Origin: the human T2T-CHM13v2.0 reference genome, Homo sapiens
NCBI RefSeq assembly: GCF_009914755.1
Contig: NC_060925.1
Direction: 5' to 3' (one strand)
Length of the DNA: 64,000 nucleotides
Part shown: positions 57,231 through 64,000 of the stretch, in pieces
Layout: each line of letters opens with the position of its first letter
How positions within the stretch are numbered: position 1 is the stretch's first letter
Notes under the pieces: model-generated
What the model was told of the DNA's origin: nothing
Seen by the model: only the letters and a program-made list of their open reading frames with translations
Database searches by the model: none
Translations under genes and position numbers: made by a program

Positions 57231-58528
57231 ATTTTTGTTTGTCATGTTATCTATTTTTTTCTTTTTTAATTTTTATTTTTGGTTTGGGGGCACATGTAAA
57301 GGTTTGTTACATAGGTAAACATATGTCATTGGGGTTTGTTATACATATTATTTCATCACCCAGGTATTAAGCCCGGTATCTAATAGTTATATTTTCTGCT
57401 TCTCTGCCTCCTCCTACTCTCCCCACTCAAGTAAACCCCAGTGTCTGTTGTTTCCTTCTTTGTGTTCATAAGTTCTTATCGTTTAGCTCCCACTTACAAG
57501 TAAGGACATGTGGTATTTAGTTTTCTGTTCCTGCATTAGTTTTGTAAGGACAATGACCTCCAGTTCCATCTGTGTTCCCACAGAAGACATGACTTCATTC
57601 TTTTTTATGGCTGCATAGTATTCCATGGTATATATGTACCACATTTCCTTTTTCCAATCTGTCATTGATGGGTATTTAGGTTGATTCCATGTATTTGCTA
57701 TTGTGAATAATGCTGCAATGAAGATTCACGTGTATGTGTCTTTATGGGAGAATGGTTTATACTCCGCCAGGTATATGCCCAGTAATGGGGTTGCTGGGTC
57801 AAATGGTAGTTCTGCTTTTACTCTTCGAGGAATTGCCGTACTGCTTTCCACAATGGTCAAACTAATTTACACTCCCACCAACACAACCTCACTACCATCT
57901 GTTATTTTTTCACTTTTTAATAATAGTCATTCTGATTGCTATGAGATGGTATCTCATTGGGGCTTTGATTTGCATTTCTCTAATGATCAGTGATATTGAG
58001 CTTTTTTTTCATATGCTTGATGGCTGCATGTATGTCTTCTTTTGAGACATGTCTGTTCATGTCCTTTGCCCAATTTTTAATGGAGGTATTTGTTTTACTC
58101 TTGTAAATTTGTTTAAGTTCTTTGTAAGATGCTGGATAGTAGACCTTTGTCAGATGCATAGTTTGCAAATATTTTCTCCCATTCTGTAGGTTGTCTGTTT
58201 ACTCTGCTGGTAGTTTCTTTAGCAGTGCAGAAGCTCTCAAGTTTAATTAGATCCCACTTGTCAATTTTTGCTGTTGTTGCTATTGCTTTTCATATCTTTG
58301 TCATGAAATCTTTGCCCATTCCTGTGTCCAGGATGGTATTGCCTAGGTTGTCTTCTAGGAATTTTATAGTTTTGGGTTTTACATCTAAGACTTTAATCTA
58401 TCTTAAGTTCATTTTCATATATGGTGTAAGGAAGGGGTTCAGCTTCAATCTTCTGCATACGGCTAGCCAGTTATCCCAGCACTATTTATTGAATAGGGAG
58501 TCTTTTCTGCATTACTTGTTTTTGTCAT
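57231..58528 (-). mobile_element. L1PA12-14-like 3' fragment inserted at the 3' end of the L1MD
   Basis: TSD agtaaagttattttt (57216-57230) / agtaaagctattttt (58529-58543). Confidence 0.9.
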
Positions 58529-58756
58529 AGTAAAGCTATTTTTAAAAACTAAAGGGACAAAAATGTGTTAACAAACCACTGAAAAACTCAGAAAATAGAG
58601 AATTCATAAATATAACTATGTCATTTTAAAATATTTAAAATTTTGTAAATTTTAGAGAATTATAAAATAAATATTTAAATCTATAATTTTTGTTATATCT
58701 AAATCCATAGAATCCACAGACCACATCTATAATATTGTATCTAGTATAGTATCTGA

Positions 58757-59081
<325 letters not shown>

Positions 59082-59476
59082 TCTTTGTGTTTTTGTTTTT
59101 GTTTTTAACAATAAGTTTAGAACATCTACTGTTTAGAACTATATATTTTCATGTTTTTCAAATTAGAAAAATGAAGTCAGAAAGCCACAAGATAAATTTC
59201 AGTTAGTTTTTCCAAATGTGCTCCATAAATTAAGAAAATATTACACTTTTTTTTAACCATAAGTGACTGTACATTTATTCCCTAATACTCTTCTCTGTTC
59301 GATAGGAGGTTTGGGCTTAAAACCCTCTAAATGTCTGATTAAAGACTCAAATGCTTTAATTCCTGTTGTTCTGCTTCATTAGAGATACAGTTGTGTGATG
59401 GATGCTCATTATATTTTTGAATTAACTAATTTGTGTATTCTCACATTCCAAACTTGTCTGTCCTGATTTCCCCCAG

Positions 59477-59567
59477 TTTGATGCCGACCGCGATGAGGAT
59501 GAGGTGTTCTATGACATCAGCATGGCAGTTGACAACAAGTTATTTCCAAACAAAGAGGCTGCAGCAG
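59477..59567 (+). CDS. AK5: Internal coding exon of adenylate kinase 5 (end of the first AK domain), 91 nt, starting in phase 0 and ending in phase 1
   Basis: Polypyrimidine tract and ...tttcccccag acceptor (AG 59475-59476); donor CAG|gtaagt (GT 59568-59569). Translates FDADRDEDEVFYDISMAVDNKLFPNKEAAA+G, which matches AK5 ...GLIMTFDADRDEDEVFYDISMAVDNKLFPNKEAAAGSSDLD... as I recall it. CpGs are locally retained. Confidence 0.95.
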
Positions 59568-62500
59568 GTAAGTCACTGTGTCCTTTAGACAACAGTACGC
59601 CGTGATCACCTGCCAAATGTCTGGGGCTTTGTATTAATGGTTGAAGTTCAACAAACTGCTGCAAGTTTTGAAGGATGACAAAGTCTTATACTTTCTGGTA
59701 TAAAAATAAAAGTATAAAACAAAGTAGAGAGGAAAGGCTATAAATCTGTTCCTTATAGTTGCTGCTTTTCTTCCAGTCATTGCACATGTAAATTACCAGG
59801 TAGTCACAATGTAACATAGGGCCTATGTTACTATAATAGAAAAATATCTAACCTAACCCATACTTTGTACAATTAAAATTTACAATATCTCCAGGACCCC
59901 CTAACTCATACGATAGGTTTCTACCTCATTGCCTGGATAAAAGCATCCCCTCCAATCTGGTAGCCACTCCCATCCCAACCCACAGCTCCTGTGTGACCCT
60001 ACCTCTTCTCTTCCTAAGTGCTCTTGCCTGGAATTTTGACTTTGGACTCTGATGTAGAGTAATCATACCTCCTAATGTAGGCAGTACTCATGGTTCTGTC
60101 CTGACCCCCCTCTCATTCTCTCCGTACTCTGACCCTGAGCCAACTCATTGTCACAGGTGGCTTCAACATCAATTCTATGTGGATGACTCTCCAATCTTAG
60201 TCTCAGTCCTGACCTTCTTTCTTCTGAGTAATGATCTCAAAGGGTAAAGACCAAAAGCTTGGGGCCACAAAGAAAAAAGGCTAAACACTTAACATTTTAA
60301 ATCACTATTTGAAGCCACCTAAGAGTAGCTTCAAAGAAAGACAGAATTACAAGGGTAAGGTGGTAGTCTTTCTGGGCAGACCCACAGAACACAGATAACC
60401 GATGTAAACTCATCTGCCTAACTTTCTGATGAGATTTATAAAAAGTTGGCCTATTGCAAGAAAGATGAAATATTGAGAATCATTTAAGATTATGAAAACA
60501 TGACTACTGCTGCTCTGAAAAATACTATGACTCTGTGCTTTTCAAGTTAATATTTTATTTAGAAGATGCTTTAGAAGTGACTACCTCTAACGACAAATAT
60601 CTAACTGCTAGATATCCTCAGTTTGCTAATACAGTGGGATGGAGGGGCTGATTTAAGCCACCCCTTCTTTGGGACACCCAGCACTTCGTGGCTCCCTAGC
60701 GGTGTTTCTCCACTAGGGAGCCTTGTGCCCTGCAGTGATGCAACTGTGCTGGTTTCTGTACCAATAGGAAACCGCCTGAGGACACGTGCTGTGTCCTCAT
60801 TCTCTTAAGGTCCCCTTGGTAAAGTGCATAGTGCCTGAGCCTTAACAGCAGTTTCCAGGTGTCTACTTTCTCCTCTCTGTACCTCAGAGCTCATAAACAG
60901 AAGACTCTGTGCTTGCAGCCTCAACTCCCGCTAACTCTTCCACTCCTGAGACCCCCTGAAAGCTGGCTTCTGCTTCAGCCTTAGAATAAGTTTGTTTTCT
61001 CTAAAACAGCCCTAGGTGAATAAAGTGCAGTAAACTAGAAGTAAATGGTGCCTCCCCTGCAGGAGGCAGATACTGTGTAGCTCCAGGAAACTGTCGCTGT
61101 TAAGGAACAATGGTGAAATCTCCTGGCTTATAAATGTTGATGACTCACCCAATAAATAAGTCATATCCATGGCCTCTGCTCTATGAATTGTCAGCCTCCA
61201 GGTTTGGTCCCGCCACTGTTTTTTTCTCTCTCAACTCTCTTTCTGCAGAATCTCAGCTGCCCCACAGCTCCCATATCGCCTCCTATGAATGGCATCCAAT
61301 TCTCTTTCTCTCACCTTGACCTTTCTCCGGGGAGCCAGGCAGAAGTGTTCTTGCCCTCACACTCCACACTGATCATCAATCCACGGGGGCACCTTGGGAG
61401 TCCAAACCTTTATCTTTATTCCCACTGCAGTCACCAAACGCTTTGTCATTCCTCATCCCTGGCCTCTCCTGTCTGTCATGAATGTCCTGCTGCCATGGAG
61501 ATCTTCACAGAATGCAGCTCTAATCATCCTGCCTTTCTGAAAAAAAACAAAACAAAACCTTCAATGACTCCTGCAGGCTGGCCACGAGTACCCTTAGCAC
61601 AGAAGAAAGCCCCAAATCCTTTGCTTTCCTGCAGTGGTCCTGTTACTGCCATAACATCCCCTCCCCAACGTCACTGGCACCAGCTTCCCCCAGTTCTCTG
61701 AATACCTCAAGTTCCTTCCTGCCTTAGGCATTTTCCACCTGCTCTTCTCTCTGCTTAGAAAATGCCTCTCCTCATTTGCATCCCTCTCACTCTCCCAACC
61801 CCATAGAGCCCCATCCTGCACCTGGCCAGATTCTACTTTGCGCCTCAGAGTAAACGTGGTGATTTTCTCAAGGAGACTTTCTCAGACCCCACCCCAGACT
61901 AGATTAGGCCCTTGAATAGCACCCTGTGACCCACAGGTGTACCAGGACTTTTCTTAGAGACTACCATTGCTCTGATCGTCTGCTTCTTCAAGGCCTGTCT
62001 ACAGTGTCTCCCCCTCAATGAAGCCCTCCACCCACACTTCTAGCAAAGCCATCTGGCTGCGTCACTCAACTGCTCTGGGCCTCCATCTCCTTATCTATAA
62101 AGAGGGGATAATAATAGCAGCTACCCCAGAGGATTGTTCTGAAAAATAAATGGTTTCTGTATGCAAAGTATGTGGTTGTCACATTGAAAAGGCTATCTAT
62201 GGGTTCCTGTCTTTGCAGCAGATTTGAGGGCTCATGGGGAGAAACCACATCTTACACAATACAACTTTCTCCACTTTTCCTGGATCTACTTCTTCTCTCT
62301 TCTCCTTCTCTGCCCTCCTCCCTGCCCCAACCCTGTCCTGGAGTAACTGAAAAACTCCCCACTTCCCCTTCTCACCCAGAGCAACCCATCAACACCCAGA
62401 TCCCTCAAAGAGTTCTAGTCCCAAATACCGTCAGAATATTTTTCCAAGTAAATACAGTGCTCTTCCTACACATTGTAATGAACACTTTCCATGCCTGTGG

Positions 62501-64000
62501 AATTCGAGCTGGCCTCTCAGTGCTTAATGCAGGTCAGGCACTTATAGGAGACATTTAATGTTTGTAGCATGGATCAATGAGAGCAAGACCTGTACAGGTA
62601 AAGTGGAAGTGTCCTTTCATTTTTAGTCATTTGGTACGTATGCATTGAACACATGTACCTTCTAAGTTTTGTTCTTAGATTCAGAAATGAAACACAACCC
62701 TTACAGGTTTAATTTTCGTTAAAATTAAACTGTAACGAAACTGTTAATGAAAATAAAACTGTAAGCTACGCTGTAAGGGACAGGACAAGGGAGAAACTGC
62801 TTTCCTCAGAGGGTGCAGTTTAAGGGTTGGAGGAGTTTTATTTACGGACACCCTTCACTGCTTAAGAAGCCCTGCAATTGTAGGAGTGTCTTTATGGGGT
62901 ACTCAAAGTGGGAGGAGGATTTTCCTAAAACTTTGAGTTAAAGATCCACTAGGAGGAAAAACATCTGTAACGTTGACCCAGAAAGTAATATGGTTAGTCT
63001 CTGGTACCTCTAAAGCTAATTTGTATCACCTTCCCCCTTAAATTTAAGGAGCCAACCTGAAAATAATATTTCTGAAGGCCATTCTAAAACTAGCAGCACT
63101 GGGTGCTTCCTCTAGGGTTCTGTATTTCAGCGCATACCTTTCTCTGTCATCTATAGAAATAATATTTTTAAATCTGGAGAGAAATTGAAAAATTCAAAAC
63201 GGGGAAAATGAAAGCTACACTATCACTTTTTCGTAACATCCTAATTTTTCTGTCTTTTTTGAGTAACAATATCATTGCAGTTGTTTTATGTGTTAAATTA
63301 TCCAACGAAAGAAGGCAGTAATGTGTACATTTGTCTATATTTTCCCTCTATTTTTTGTGTCAAACCTTAGAGTATTATTAAAGGTCCCATTTTCAGCAAA
63401 CCAAGAAACCAATGCTAAAAGAAAATGAAAGCCATTCAATCATTATCCAAGCTGATAATGATATCCTTTGTCTGTTGCCTCCTATGATATATTAATCCTG
63501 TTGCCAGGAGTAACAATGTTTCAAGAAATTTCATCCCTAATGATACAATATAATTCCTGTTGAAAGCATCTTATTGCAACAGAGGGAGACTCTGTCAAAA
63601 AAAAACAACATACATTTTATTAGGAAATCCAATCTCTTCTTACTTATAAGCATGAAGCTTTCTTTTAAACAAAGGTATTTTCATTCTACCATTGCTGATG
63701 ATAGTTTTCTAATTATCTTGCTCCGTTTTCAAGTATTAACGTGTAATATCCGTTAACTGAGTTGTTTAAGAGCCTTTCACATTGTCGTTTTTGAAAACAA
63801 CGGAAAGAACACTTTGTAATTAAATAAAATAAGTAGGACACGGGTACTAAAAGCAGCTATATGTTTAAAAAGATTTCATGTTCAGATCACAGTACTCACT
63901 CCACATGAATCACTCTAAGTACAGGTGAAGCAAAGGTATCATTTGAATCCAATAGCTATCACCACTTCCACCAGTCAGTGGCAGATAATAATCATATTGT
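59568..64000 (+). other. AK5: AK5 intron (part) downstream of the exon
   Basis: Begins with gtaagt; the next expected exon (GSSDLDPS...) was not found in the window. Confidence 0.85.
61320..61930 (+). mobile_element. Degenerate L2
   Basis: Pyrimidine-rich L2-like sequence (ttcctgccttaggcattttccacctgctcttctctctgcttagaaaatgc); boundaries approximate. Confidence 0.55.

Noticed and set aside
61183-61701. 172-aa ORF
   Set aside because: Overlaps a degenerate pyrimidine-rich L2; the S/P/L-rich composition has no recognisable domain.

Overview
Primate (human-like) genomic DNA that is almost entirely intronic. The only host-gene exon I can support is a 91-nt internal exon on the + strand (59477-59567, FDADRDEDEVFYDISMAVDNKLFPNKEAAA-G), which I recognise from memory as adenylate kinase 5 (AK5, human 1p31.1). 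The rest is intron filled with Alu, L1, L2, MIR, LTR (MER57-like, THE1, MLT1A, ERVL-like) and DNA-transposon (MER1B, MER20, Tigger4) remnants. Repeat family names come from remembered consensus sequences and need RepeatMasker/Dfam confirmation. The most unusual structure is a nested locus at ~14.9-17.3 kb: a Tigger4 element holds an AluJ and a ~1.1-kb palindromic TA-rich array, and inside a pure (TA)n run of that array sits a 260-bp inverted copy (259/260 identical) of sequence lying ~1.2 kb upstream. This looks like a recent templated-insertion repair scar and creates a long inverted repeat. Other leads are a candidate 75-nt poison exon, a candidate in-frame cassette exon, a mosaic AluSz/AluY, a probable ancient hAT transposase fossil, serial micro-duplications and an unexplained protein-like segment at ~44.3 kb. 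I see no convincing new protein-coding system, and nearly all ORF-track entries are repeat-derived or chance ORFs.
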